From an uncultured Methanoregulaceae archaeon (lineage in GTDB: Archaea > Halobacteriota > Methanomicrobia > Methanomicrobiales > Methanospirillaceae), in the NCBI GenBank assembly GCA_963841015.1, contig CAWJAX010000003.1:832001-896000 (forward strand): a DNA stretch of 64,000 nucleotides, written 5' to 3'. Numbering within the stretch: position 1 is the first letter of the stretch; each line of letters opens with the position of its first letter. The notes under the pieces were generated by a model, which was not told the origin of the DNA, ran no database searches, and saw nothing but the letters and a program-made list of their open reading frames with translations. Position numbers and translations under genes: made by a program. Positions 10,974 through 20,814 of the stretch are shown piece by piece.

Positions 10974-11139
10974 GCACGACCTCCAGAGCACCCAGAGGGC
11001 AGACTTTTGCACAGATACCACAGCTCGTGCAATTTTTCTCAACGCAGAGGTATGCGTCAATCAGTTCAAGGGCGCCTTCCGGGCAGACTGACACACAACA
11101 ACCGCAATATCCACAGATATCCCGATGTACTTTGAGCAT
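10963..11139 (-). CDS. 2[4Fe-4S] ferredoxin (58 aa) overlapping the GGR start
   Basis: Manual translation [58 protein letters not shown] has two CxxCxxCxxxCP motifs. Below the ORF-track cutoff. Confidence 0.92.
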   Translation of the reverse strand: MLKVHRDICGYCGCCVSVCPEGALELIDAYLCVEKNCTSCGICAKVCPLGALEVVHEK

Positions 11140-11217
11140 TGACTAATCATGTTGTTGTTCTGTTTCATTAATATTTACGATTAGATGCCTTGATGCAATC
11201 CCCTGTTGTGCAGGACA

Positions 11218-12339
11218 TCAGACGAGCGAGAAGGTACCGTACTTCCCACCGCCGCCCGGGTGCAGAGTGACATGCCCGCTCCGCAGGGCTTCAATGGCAT
11301 CTGAGGTTTCAGCATGGATGGTGCGGATTTCAGGAATCGGGGCATTGATTAGCACCTCAATCTCATTGCCAAACGTGCTGATAAAGCACTCATAAAGGGA
11401 CCTGCACTTCCTGGTGTGCGGAGATGAGACCCCCATCACGGTCTGGATGATCTGGCCGAGGGGAATAATATGGAGATAGGGGGGACGTTTCCCGGGTTTA
11501 CCACCGGAAGCCAGCTCGTGCGCCCGGTCATACACACCTTTCTTGATGATGCCCCCATCAGCGGGGCACCGCCAGTTCTGCCGGATTGCCAGTTCCGGTG
11601 AATACTGGGTAAAGCATCGGGTGCAGGCCGTCCTGTTATATTTTCCTTCCTCCGGAAAGAACCCGGCGTTCATCTCAATGGCCCCGTTCCTGATGCACGC
11701 CATTACATCTTTGGGGGATAGATTCGCAATCTGAAGTCGGTTGAATTCCCTGCCGATCTTATCCGTTTGCGGACTATGAGCATCCGAATTTGAAAGGAAC
11801 GGCACATTGTAGAGATCCGGAATCGCTGCACCGTACGAGCTGTCTGCTGAGAGACCGAGTTCCAGAAAGTCGATCGACTGGCTGCCATAGCAATCCGCAA
11901 CGCGATCAAAATACGCGTACATCGCTGTCCACGGAGTAAACGCATGTGCCGGGCCGATCATTGCCCCGACTTCATGCACATATTCTGCGATTTTCTCTCC
12001 TGACAGGTAGACATGCGGGCGACCACTGGTGAGAAAACTTTTGCATGTTCCTTCTAAGAGTCCCTGCAGTTCATTGAACTGTGAGAAATCCTCTGCCAAT
12101 ATCAGGTGATGAACCCGGTGTTCGTCTTCAACTTCGCTGGTCGGGAGGATCAAAGTGCCGGCATCATTCTCAAGAAACGGTTCCCAGGTTTTCCGCCATA
12201 CCGGATGGAGCGCGTCACCAGTGCCGAGAATATGGATACCTTTTGTCAGGCAGGCTGATAGCAGGTGCTCCGGTTGCATAAAGCGGGAGACAGCCATCGA
12301 ATACGGAGAGTGTATATGCAGGTCGGCATTTGCTAGCAT
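11218..12339 (-). CDS. PHP-domain TIGR00375 protein, endonuclease Q-like
   Basis: DLHIHSPYS, GTGD, PAHAFTPW, ELGLSAD, NSDAHS, GKY..TAC..C, GGGGKYG motifs. Confidence 0.85.
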   Translation of the reverse strand: MLANADLHIHSPYSMAVSRFMQPEHLLSACLTKGIHILGTGDALHPVWRKTWEPFLENDAGTLILPTSEVEDEHRVHHLILAEDFSQFNELQGLLEGTCKSFLTSGRPHVYLSGEKIAEYVHEVGAMIGPAHAFTPWTAMYAYFDRVADCYGSQSIDFLELGLSADSSYGAAIPDLYNVPFLSNSDAHSPQTDKIGREFNRLQIANLSPKDVMACIRNGAIEMNAGFFPEEGKYNRTACTRCFTQYSPELAIRQNWRCPADGGIIKKGVYDRAHELASGGKPGKRPPYLHIIPLGQIIQTVMGVSSPHTRKCRSLYECFISTFGNEIEVLINAPIPEIRTIHAETSDAIEALRSGHVTLHPGGGGKYGTFSLV

Positions 12340-12340
12340 A

Positions 12341-13099
12341 TTAACCGATATAGCTCAGTTCTTCATCCTTTTGCAACTTGTTGCCTTCGACTAATCCTTC
12401 GATGACTTTTTCCATTTCAGAAGCACGGTCGTTGAGCTTTGTAGGATCGACCGGTACATCTATCAGTTTTGAGAGTGTTGTGAGAACGTTTGCCGCGCTC
12501 ATCGGGTCGACAAGATACCCGCTCGTTTCGCCCATCAGGCATGCTGCATCTATCCCGCGTTTTGCAGAAAGTCCGAGCATCAGTCCGGCTGCGCCGATGA
12601 TCCCGCCGCCGGGTTCATTCCGGTCAAACGTGACACCTGCCTCTTCGAGTTCCGGGCGGAGCTCCGCGCGGTTCACAGCTCCCAGCACCCTTGGCTCATT
12701 TACCAGGTGACCGACACCAAATCCACCAAGCGTGAAAATGCGTTGTACCTTCAGATCCTGTGCGATTTCGCAGTACTGGTCGGCAAGGAGATAGTGCCCT
12801 TCGTTTGAGGTACTCTGGTGATCACCGACGAGAAAAATGAGGTCTTTTCCTGGTGCCCGGTAAAAATAGAGTTCGTTTCGTGCCAACCGGGCAAGACCAT
12901 TTTCTTCAAGGATCACCTGTGGAGGAAAATAGATCGAATGGATCTCCCCTATCTTCTCTGCGCCAAGCATGTGGATCATATATTCGGCAACCAGTTTGCC
13001 CACCTGCCCGATTCCGGGGAGTCCTTCGATCATAACAGGATTGACAAGGTTCTTTTCCCTGAAACCATCGAGATAACCGACAGAGATCTCTTCAATCAT
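12341..13099 (-). CDS. PAC2 proteasome assembly chaperone family protein
   Basis: EGLPGIGQVGKL, TLGGFG, CLMGETSGY..DP motifs; conserved position after nop10. Confidence 0.88.
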   Translation of the reverse strand: MIEEISVGYLDGFREKNLVNPVMIEGLPGIGQVGKLVAEYMIHMLGAEKIGEIHSIYFPPQVILEENGLARLARNELYFYRAPGKDLIFLVGDHQSTSNEGHYLLADQYCEIAQDLKVQRIFTLGGFGVGHLVNEPRVLGAVNRAELRPELEEAGVTFDRNEPGGGIIGAAGLMLGLSAKRGIDAACLMGETSGYLVDPMSAANVLTTLSKLIDVPVDPTKLNDRASEMEKVIEGLVEGNKLQKDEELSYIG

Positions 13100-13247
13100 T
13101 TTTTGCCAGCCTCCGGTATTTCCCATACCGATCCTCAAGAGAAAATCGTGCCGGGTGGGCAATCGCAGTCGGTTTGCCACATACAGGACATGTGGGAGAA
13201 AGGGTATAAATTCGATCTTCTGCGCAGTGACGGATGTGACCGCTCAT
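13092..13247 (-). CDS. nop10: H/ACA RNP protein Nop10
   Basis: Manual translation MSGHIRHCAEDRIYTLSPTCPVCGKPTAIAHPARFSLEDRYGKYRRLAKND; lies between aIF2a and PAC2. Confidence 0.92.
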   Translation of the reverse strand: MSGHIRHCAEDRIYTLSPTCPVCGKPTAIAHPARFSLEDRYGKYRRLAKND

Positions 13248-14032
13248 TGACTCTTCCCGGACTTCGGTTTCTTGACAAGTTTACCTTCGCCGCCGGACTT
13301 TTCCATAACAGAGATCGCTGCATTGGCGGCTTTTTCAATTGCCTTCTCTGCCTTCTTATAATCTGGAGCGGTCACTTTGATTCTGTAGGTCGGCGCGCCA
13401 AGATACAGGATCTCAATATCAACTCCGGCAATTTTTGGTTCAGCACTTTTCAGTGCTTTTTTGATTACGGAGATTCCATCAGGCAGGGTTGAAGTGAGGT
13501 AAAGATGCCCCGTTACTTCGACTTTGGGGACTTTTACATTTTCCTGTGCAACATTCAGAAGAGTCTCGGCAGCCTTCTTTGAGAGATTCAGTTTTTTCAG
13601 GGTTGTTTCGCTGTCGATCACAAGATCTTCAAATACCGGATAGAAAGCCCCGTATTTACTGAAAATCTCGTTCTCAAGAGATTGAGCGGGTTCACCAGTC
13701 TGTTCTGCTACAAAACCCAGCCACTTCTGGGCTTTACTCTCGTTTTTCCATTCACGTATTTTCTCGCGGCGCTGGTGTTCGTTGACATCTTTTAAGGAAA
13801 GATCAATGTGACCACGAGTCCGGTCAACGTTGAGCACCTTACAGACAATCTTCTGTCCTTCACGAATGTGGTCGCGGATATACTTGATCCAGCCGGTTGC
13901 AATTTCAGAGATGGGGATGAGACCCTGGCGGCCACCGTACTCATCCAGAGATACAAATGCTACGAAGTCCTTGACATTCTGTACGGTGCATACAACCAGC
14001 TCCGATTCCTGTGGCCATTCTCTGTCCAGCAT
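13244..14032 (-). CDS. eif2a: Translation initiation factor aIF-2 alpha
   Basis: S1 domain (WP...ELVV, LDEY, SEIATGWIKYIRD, HIDLSLK) and GAPTYRI motif. Confidence 0.95.
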   Translation of the reverse strand: MLDREWPQESELVVCTVQNVKDFVAFVSLDEYGGRQGLIPISEIATGWIKYIRDHIREGQKIVCKVLNVDRTRGHIDLSLKDVNEHQRREKIREWKNESKAQKWLGFVAEQTGEPAQSLENEIFSKYGAFYPVFEDLVIDSETTLKKLNLSKKAAETLLNVAQENVKVPKVEVTGHLYLTSTLPDGISVIKKALKSAEPKIAGVDIEILYLGAPTYRIKVTAPDYKKAEKAIEKAANAAISVMEKSGGEGKLVKKPKSGKSQ

Positions 14033-14040
14033 GGGAAGTA

Positions 14041-14229
14041 TCACTTGAGCTCTGAGAGGATCTCAGCCCGGATACTTGCCTTTCCCCCGGTGGGAAGCGC
14101 AAGATCATGTCCGCAGACGATACACTTCACCAATGTACTTGCTTTTTCAAATACCGTCTGCTCGTTCTCACAGTCCGGACACTTTACTTTGAAAAATTTA
14201 CTTCGGTTTTCCCGAATCTCGCGTACCAT
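14041..14229 (-). CDS. rps27e: 30S ribosomal protein S27e
   Basis: SKFFKVKCPDCENEQTVF...C..CG..LA.PTGGKA. Confidence 0.96.
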   Translation of the reverse strand: MVREIRENRSKFFKVKCPDCENEQTVFEKASTLVKCIVCGHDLALPTGGKASIRAEILSELK

Positions 14230-14236
14230 TATACAC

Positions 14237-14515
14237 TCACTCCGTCAGCTCAAACTTTGCGACCCGGTAACCTTTGCGCAGATGTGCCTTTCCGCAGGTA
14301 ACACAGCGGTACCGCACATTTATCTTTTTGGTCGGCTTGTCGCCTCCAGGCACTTTTGAGAATTTTCCCATATTGCCTACTTTTCCTCTGCGGGCCTTCT
14401 GGCGATCAATCCAGTGAAGGCCGGTTGTCTTGCCTTTTTTTACCCTCTCGACCTCGTGCATCTGATGATTCCTGCAGTGAGGACAATAGGTGTTGAATTT
14501 TGCTGGCATTTTCAT
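14237..14515 (-). CDS. rpl44e: 50S ribosomal protein L44e
   Basis: TYCPHC..H..HEV, KPTKK...RYRC..CGKAH motifs. Confidence 0.96.
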   Translation of the reverse strand: MKMPAKFNTYCPHCRNHQMHEVERVKKGKTTGLHWIDRQKARRGKVGNMGKFSKVPGGDKPTKKINVRYRCVTCGKAHLRKGYRVAKFELTE

Positions 14516-14553
14516 AAAATTTTCACCGATAATTTTGATATAGAATACCAATA

Positions 14554-15219
14554 TTATTTACAAAGATTCATATTTAAGACTATGTTGCGTTCACTTAAGA
14601 CCGCAGCATTCCGCTCAGGAAGCGTCACTATATCTCCCTTTGAAAGAGTATAAATCCTCCCATCAATCCCCATAAAGGATTCCATGTCCTCAAGTACCCG
14701 TACGAGTACACATTGTAGCGAGAGGGGTGCCTCTGTCTTTGGTGTTGCATGAAGGGTATCAGATAGACCCGAATCTTCGTCCTGCTCCATCCCGGGTTCG
14801 TCACTTTCGACTATTTCAGGTGTAACACTATTTTTTTGACGGTGGGGCACATTGTGAAGAAGGATTCCCTTGCACTGTTCAATACTGGCAGTGACTGTTT
14901 CAAACATTTCTTTCTCAACGGGGACCATCCGTTTCACTTCTTCGCGATCGTAATAATTACCTTCAGCATGCATGATGGTAAGCGCAAGAATTTTGCGCGA
15001 CCGTAGTGCAAAAAGCTCCCGGAGGGTCTCTTTTATCGCGAGTGTTTCCTCAATAAGGGAGCGGGCTTCTTCAGAGAGCGGGTCTTCAAAAGCGTACACT
15101 TTGCTAATCAGTGAGGCAAGTTCCGTATGCCCCTTGTCAAAGAGATCAGGGGCAACTGCGGTAAGTCTTCCCGTCTCCCGCTCTGAAAGCAGGATGATAC
15201 GCAAATCGTCCAACCCCAT
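14554..15219 (-). CDS. GINS-family replication protein (Gins15-like)
   Basis: Helical A-domain with R.RKI; C-terminal B-domain [32 protein letters not shown]; downstream of priS. Confidence 0.7.
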   Translation of the reverse strand: MGLDDLRIILLSERETGRLTAVAPDLFDKGHTELASLISKVYAFEDPLSEEARSLIEETLAIKETLRELFALRSRKILALTIMHAEGNYYDREEVKRMVPVEKEMFETVTASIEQCKGILLHNVPHRQKNSVTPEIVESDEPGMEQDEDSGLSDTLHATPKTEAPLSLQCVLVRVLEDMESFMGIDGRIYTLSKGDIVTLPERNAAVLSERNIVLNMNLCK

Positions 15220-15241
15220 TGGCCCCACGTGTCTTCTCCTT

Positions 15242-16372
15242 TTAGCTGATTTCCGCCATGCCACGGCAGCAAAGAAACACTGCTACCGCTTCCGGTACTG
15301 TAATGATGCCTTTTTGGAGTTCATAAGTACTTCCGAGCATCGGTATCGTGACAGCATGGATAAGGTCAACCCTTACATCCCGCATTGAAAAGACTACGGC
15401 GTCTACAAGCGGTTCAAAGTCCTGGAGATCGCGGAGTTCAAGGGGTTGAACCCGCATACCGCTCCCGCCATGCAGCGATGTTGGCATTCGTATCAGCCTT
15501 TTTGTATCCGTGGTGACAGGCTCATCTGCAAGAGCGGCACGTGAAAGGAGACGTTTTTTAAATTCCCCTTCCTGTTGAATGAAAATAGCATGAAGTACAC
15601 GGTTCTTTGCGATCATACTCGTGGGATGTCGTTCGATGGACCAAATAATCTCCTCGCGGTTTTTCAGGAAGGTGGTTGCTGAATCCCTGCCAATTCCCTC
15701 AATTCCCGTGAGATGTGCTATTGCTTCCTCATCAGTCAGGGTTCCAAGCCAGTGAATATATTCAAGAAGCGTTTCACGATATCGCGACTGCCATCCCGGA
15801 GATGCAGGTTTTTTACCGGAAAGCATTGCGGCAGGATCGATGCCGATCCCACAGACATAGTCAATCAGTTCCCGGCGTTCTGCACTTCCCCATCCTCTGA
15901 AGGCGATATCCTTGACATGCACATGATACCCACGACCGCCGGAAAAGACGAGCTCTATAGTTTTTGAATCGATACAAAATTCAAGGGTGAGCATCGCTAT
16001 GAGCTTCTCTGTTTCCTCCTTCACTCTGGCCAGCATCTGGTCATAAGGGCCTCGTATTATATGGTCTGCATCGAGATCAAAAATGAGATCTGCCCCGCAC
16101 CAGCCTTTTTCTGCCATGGTTCCGGCATCTGGTTTCTCATAGTATGCCGTCGAGTAGTAGGCATGCTGGGGCACGAGATTATGGATGAACTGGAAGAGTT
16201 CATCCTTTCCTGAAAAACCGACATGCCGGCGCATCCGGAGACTGGGGGTATGAGGGTTGAACAGCACAAAACCCCATTCCCGCTGTTCAAGCGATGAAGG
16301 AGCAACAAGAATGGTTTTTTTATAATAATCAGTGAAGCGCTGTCGGAGAAATTCGGTTGTCGCCGGGTTCAT
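15242..16372 (-). CDS. priS: DNA primase small (catalytic) subunit
   Basis: REWG, DLIFDLDAD, FSGGRGYH, D..VTTD.KRLIRMP.SLHG motifs. Confidence 0.95.
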   Translation of the reverse strand: MNPATTEFLRQRFTDYYKKTILVAPSSLEQREWGFVLFNPHTPSLRMRRHVGFSGKDELFQFIHNLVPQHAYYSTAYYEKPDAGTMAEKGWCGADLIFDLDADHIIRGPYDQMLARVKEETEKLIAMLTLEFCIDSKTIELVFSGGRGYHVHVKDIAFRGWGSAERRELIDYVCGIGIDPAAMLSGKKPASPGWQSRYRETLLEYIHWLGTLTDEEAIAHLTGIEGIGRDSATTFLKNREEIIWSIERHPTSMIAKNRVLHAIFIQQEGEFKKRLLSRAALADEPVTTDTKRLIRMPTSLHGGSGMRVQPLELRDLQDFEPLVDAVVFSMRDVRVDLIHAVTIPMLGSTYELQKGIITVPEAVAVFLCCRGMAEIS

Positions 16373-17946
16373 GGCAGCTCCTTAATCATATAGGGTCCTT
16401 TGCGTTCATATCCCTGTTTTTCGTAATAGGGGCGGACACCGATACCACTCATAATCGCCAGACAGGAGAATCCTGCGTCAAGGGTGATCTCTTCTGCCCG
16501 GGCGATGAGCACTTTTCCAAAATTCCTGTGCTGCCATTCTTCAGACTCAGCATCTTTCCCCACCGGAACGAGGCTTCCGTACACATGGAGCTCCCTCATG
16601 ACTGCGGCATTTTCAAGCTCAGCACGGTATACAAGGGAAGGGAACCGGAGCCGGGTAAACCCGATTATTGAATCATCAGACACTGCGGAGATAAAATGTT
16701 CCTGCCCACCGCAGGACACATACTTCGATACGTGGATTTCTGATTCTGCAAGGGAGGGAAGTCTTCCAATCTCCCTGCACCGGATGCAGCGGCAACCCCT
16801 GCCGGTTACCTTGAGACGGTGCTGGGCAAGCTGCCGGAAATTGGAGTGCCGGGAACCGGCAACGATCAGTTTTGCCGGAATATCGCGCTGGATCCGCTGG
16901 AGGCGGGTATACTCAGGGATCAGCGACTTTGCGTAGGCGACCAGATCGATCATGTCCTCCTCATCGTAGGGCATGTATGCACCCCGTTTCCAGTGTTCTT
17001 CAATTTCAGATCCCGGCGTAACAAGCGTAGGATAGATTTTTAGGAAATCCGGCAGGAAACGGGGATCGGAAAAGAGGGTTTCGAACATTTTTTTATCCAG
17101 GTCAATAGTTGAACCGGGAAGATTTGGCATGATATGAAAACCCACTTTCATTCCTGCATCACGAAGGAGTGTGTTTGCTTCAACGGTATCTGCCACACTA
17201 CATCCGCGCCGGTTATACGACAGGATAGTATCATCGACATGCTGCACACCAAGTTCCACTTTGGTTACACCGAGATGCAACATCCGATCAATATGTTCAC
17301 GCCGGCACCAGTCAGGGCGGGTTTCAAACGTGATCGCAACACAGCGGATGGCTGAGGTCTCATTTTCTTCCTGCATGGCGGTCACACTTCGTGGCATAGC
17401 TTCTGCTGTTCCACCCGGGTAGGTGTTCATCGCTTCAATGCAGCGTGAAACAAACTGCTCCTGGTATTCCGGTGTCCGTGCAGTCATAGTACCCCCCATT
17501 ACGATCAGCTCCACCTTGTCTACACGGTGCCCGAGGAGTTCAAACTGCTCAAGCCGGGCATGCACCTGGGCAAACGGGTCGTAGGAATGCTCCCGTGCCC
17601 GCAAAGCGGCGGGTTCCTCACCGGTATAGCTTTGCGGGGATTTGTACGGGTGGTCGGGTCCACCTGGACATGGCAGGCATTTGCCATGCGGACAGGGCGA
17701 TGGAGAGGTCATCACCGCAACAGGAGCTACTCCCGAAAGGGTCCGTGTGGGTTTCACGAGAAGGATCTTCCGGAGTATCTCCCGATCCGCTGGTTGAGCG
17801 ATCGCAAGAATGGCGGAATTTTTGGGAACGGCAGGCAACCGGTATTTCCGGCAGATATCGATCTTCACTGCAACGATAGCATCATCACCGGGCTGAAGGG
17901 TGAGGATGCGGGAGATCATCTCCCGGAACGCCTTCTCCTCATCCAT
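16369..17946 (-). CDS. elp3: Elp3-like tRNA U34 acetyltransferase (radical SAM + GNAT)
   Basis: RTLSGVAPVAVM, CPHGKCLPCPGG, SYTGEEP, ETRPD, RELHVYG, WQH..FG, SGIGVR.YY motifs. Confidence 0.95.
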   Translation of the reverse strand: MDEEKAFREMISRILTLQPGDDAIVAVKIDICRKYRLPAVPKNSAILAIAQPADREILRKILLVKPTRTLSGVAPVAVMTSPSPCPHGKCLPCPGGPDHPYKSPQSYTGEEPAALRAREHSYDPFAQVHARLEQFELLGHRVDKVELIVMGGTMTARTPEYQEQFVSRCIEAMNTYPGGTAEAMPRSVTAMQEENETSAIRCVAITFETRPDWCRREHIDRMLHLGVTKVELGVQHVDDTILSYNRRGCSVADTVEANTLLRDAGMKVGFHIMPNLPGSTIDLDKKMFETLFSDPRFLPDFLKIYPTLVTPGSEIEEHWKRGAYMPYDEEDMIDLVAYAKSLIPEYTRLQRIQRDIPAKLIVAGSRHSNFRQLAQHRLKVTGRGCRCIRCREIGRLPSLAESEIHVSKYVSCGGQEHFISAVSDDSIIGFTRLRFPSLVYRAELENAAVMRELHVYGSLVPVGKDAESEEWQHRNFGKVLIARAEEITLDAGFSCLAIMSGIGVRPYYEKQGYERKGPYMIKELP

Positions 17947-17953
17947 GAATGGT

Positions 17954-18220
17954 TTAATGTTCTGCTGCAACTTTTGTGGATGCAGTCTCTGAAGAATAGT
18001 TCACCACAGGAATATGATGCCCGTGGATATGGGTCACAATCTCATCTCCCAGCGTGAGAAGAGCATCTTTGTGGGCTTTTTTGTCCTTGTGAATGTGGAC
18101 CGGGGAAATTTCAAGGGAATTATAACGACTGGTTCCGATTTCTTCACTGGTGAGTCCTTCGTAGTACTTTTTGATGTGAATCATCAACATGTGTAAATGC
18201 AGCAACTCTTCCTTTTGCAC
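17954..18220 (-). CDS. UPF0058 family protein
   Basis: MQKEELLHLH and Y..L.ISPVHIHK.K..HK.A motifs. Confidence 0.85.
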   Translation of the reverse strand: MQKEELLHLHMLMIHIKKYYEGLTSEEIGTSRYNSLEISPVHIHKDKKAHKDALLTLGDEIVTHIHGHHIPVVNYSSETASTKVAAEH

Positions 18221-18272
18221 ACTATCACCTTCTGCAAGCTGATTCTATTTCCTGTGATACACATATACCTTT

Positions 18273-19172
18273 TTGGTGAGGTTTATAACAGGAAACCTGC
18301 ATGCTGTGGGATCGTTCGTTGCGCTGGCAATTGGGGATGCTTTGGGTGCGCCCCTGGAAGGATCTGCCCGGACTGAATCGTGGGTGGCCGAAATGCTTCC
18401 CGGAGGGCGGCATTCCCGGAAAAAAGGGCAAATTACGGATGATACATTACAGGCAATGGCAGTGGCTGAATCGCTGACTGCATGCGGGGAATTTAACCAA
18501 ATAGACCTTATTTTAAGGTTACTTCACGGGTACGAGAAGCGTCCGGAATGGTACGGCCCGACCTCTTCTGCTTTCTTTAAACTGGTCAAATCCGGCACCC
18601 TGCCGCATCAGGCCGCGTGGCTGGTGCATAAACGACTGCACGGAAGCCGTAGCAATGGGAGCGTAATGCGAGGATTTCCTCTAGGCATCTTCTATCCCTC
18701 ACCATTCGTTTATGAGGTGAGTCTTGCGTGCTCGCAGCTCACGCACTTTGATCCGGTTGCCGCGCATTGTTCAGCCTGGCTGAACGTGATGGTGAGTGAT
18801 ATGTGCCGCGGAATTTCCCGAAATAAGGCATTCCGTCATGCACGATCGCTGTGTACGATTCAGGAAGTGCATACAATACTCGGAAACTATACGGAGTATA
18901 CCCCGGTTGCCTCGCTTGACGCGGTGCTCTGTTCACATGCATCGTTATCCTGCTTCATGAACGCCCACACACTTGAAGGTGCAATCCTCTCGGCGATCAA
19001 TCTCGGGGGGGATGCTGACACCGTTGGTGCCTGCTGCGGTGCACTGGCCGGGGCACACTGGGGGTTTGGAACAATTCCAAAGCGGTGGATAAAGGATATT
19101 GAAGACTACGAAAATATCCTGCATTGCGCAGAACATCTCTGGTATTGTGCAGAACAATTCCTTACACGATAA
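18273..19172 (+). CDS. ADP-ribosylglycohydrolase (DraG/ARH family)
   Basis: GDALGAPLE, TDDT, SNGSVMR, TH, GGDADT.GA..GALAGA motifs. Confidence 0.92.
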   Translation: MVRFITGNLHAVGSFVALAIGDALGAPLEGSARTESWVAEMLPGGRHSRKKGQITDDTLQAMAVAESLTACGEFNQIDLILRLLHGYEKRPEWYGPTSSAFFKLVKSGTLPHQAAWLVHKRLHGSRSNGSVMRGFPLGIFYPSPFVYEVSLACSQLTHFDPVAAHCSAWLNVMVSDMCRGISRNKAFRHARSLCTIQEVHTILGNYTEYTPVASLDAVLCSHASLSCFMNAHTLEGAILSAINLGGDADTVGACCGALAGAHWGFGTIPKRWIKDIEDYENILHCAEHLWYCAEQFLTR

Positions 19173-19264
19173 TCGTATCAGTACCTTTTCGCACCAGGAT
19201 CAAAGACCGGGTCTTTATGAAAAACAGATACTGTGATTTTTAATCCATTTATCTGGAAAGTCAA

Positions 19265-19711
19265 TTACGCCGGCTTAATTTCAACAAGCTTCAGCATCCG
19301 CCCTTTCTCGCAGATATCCGAAGCATTACCAAGTACCGAAGCAACGATGTATTTTTCTCCTTCCACTACACCCTCCGGGTGACAGAGCGGGAAACTCCTG
19401 CAATCGCTCCTTGAACAGGATAATTCAGGTTTGATCTTTGAATTGACAATAGCCATATCTGCATTAATAAGCACCGTGATCGGGGCCTCCATAACCTCAA
19501 CAGCAATGGCACCATCGAGATGAACCGTGCATTCGTGGTGAGTTGTCCTTACAGATACGATGCGGTATTTCCTGCCTGCCTGCAGATTATTGCATGCCTT
19601 TTTTACTTTACAGGTATTACATCCGGCGACTTCACCTTCGTAAATGAACTCGATTCCCTGTTTTGCCAGAACCGTGCCCACCAGCGTCACTTTCGTTTTT
19701 GCCTCTGCCAT
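19265..19711 (-). CDS. UPF0179 family protein
   Basis: VTLVG..LAK.G.EF.Y, C..C....AC, G..Y.I..VR...H.C..H pattern; downstream of egsA. Confidence 0.85.
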   Translation of the reverse strand: MAEAKTKVTLVGTVLAKQGIEFIYEGEVAGCNTCKVKKACNNLQAGRKYRIVSVRTTHHECTVHLDGAIAVEVMEAPITVLINADMAIVNSKIKPELSCSRSDCRSFPLCHPEGVVEGEKYIVASVLGNASDICEKGRMLKLVEIKPA

Positions 19712-19723
19712 CGCAACTATACC

Positions 19724-20803
19724 TCAATCTGCGTAAAGCATCTTTACAAGATTCTGTGCTGATTCGCGTGTTAATCCCATGTCGAGAATTGTGAAGCGTT
19801 CCGGGCGGATAGTCTTTGCCAGAAGAAGCGCCTCAACAGCTGTTTCATCATCAATTCCAACTTCGGAAGGGGTGACCGGAGCACCGATACTTTTGAGTGA
19901 TGCGCGGATTCCCTTCCAGTCACCACCATGCAGGTACATGGAAATAATCGTCCCGATCCCACAACTCTCACCATGAAGTGCCTTACCGGGTGCGAGCTTA
20001 TCAAGCGCATGGGAGAACTTGTGTTCACCACCGCTAGCCGGGCGGGATGAGCCTGCGATGCTCATCGCAACACCGCTGGATACAAGAGCTGTTGTAACAA
20101 ACCATGCAGACTGTTCCTGGTGTGGCTTGATCAGATGGGCATTCTTTACCAGTATCTCAGCCGTCATCTTTGAGAGTGCTATTGCGTACTCACTCATCGA
20201 CTCCCCTTTTACCCGATGGGCGAGCTCCCAGTCAAGGATAGCGGTGTAGTTGGAAATCACGTCCGCACACCCGGCTGCGAGGAGCCGGTGCGGGGCGGAG
20301 GCGATGATGCCGGTATCTGCAACAATTGCAATTGGCGGTTGGGCATCCAGCGAAGCATGCCCCTCAACGGTTGGAACTGATGCGCGGGAAGAAGCAATAC
20401 CGTCATGTGATGCAGCAGTAGGGACAGAAATAAACTGGAGATCGAGGTTGTAAGAAACAATTTTTGCAGTATCGATGACCCGCCCCCCACCGATACCGAT
20501 AACAAAGTCCATCCCTGCCGCCGCTTTTTGTGCCCTCTTAATGATTGGAACACTGATCTCTTCTGCAATAAATGGCTTTACAGAATAGTCTTTTCCAAAG
20601 ATCTTCCGGACGTTTTCTCCGGCGAGATTCATCGTATTCTTTCCTGATATCAGGAGAGCAGACGTTCCAAGTTTGAGATCTTCACAGACCGAAGGTATCT
20701 GCCTGAACACATCATGCCCGATGATAACGTCGCGTGGCAGTTGCATCCACTTGGACTTGTCAAAAACTTTCGGTTTGAGTAATTTTATTGCATCTGCGCT
20801 CAT
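19724..20803 (-). CDS. egsA: sn-glycerol-1-phosphate dehydrogenase
   Basis: GGGRVIDTAK, PTAASHDGIAS, SSRPASGGEHKFSH, HGE.CG, RPERFTIL motifs. Confidence 0.96.
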   Translation of the reverse strand: MSADAIKLLKPKVFDKSKWMQLPRDVIIGHDVFRQIPSVCEDLKLGTSALLISGKNTMNLAGENVRKIFGKDYSVKPFIAEEISVPIIKRAQKAAAGMDFVIGIGGGRVIDTAKIVSYNLDLQFISVPTAASHDGIASSRASVPTVEGHASLDAQPPIAIVADTGIIASAPHRLLAAGCADVISNYTAILDWELAHRVKGESMSEYAIALSKMTAEILVKNAHLIKPHQEQSAWFVTTALVSSGVAMSIAGSSRPASGGEHKFSHALDKLAPGKALHGESCGIGTIISMYLHGGDWKGIRASLKSIGAPVTPSEVGIDDETAVEALLLAKTIRPERFTILDMGLTRESAQNLVKMLYAD

Positions 20804-20814
20804 TCTGATCATGG

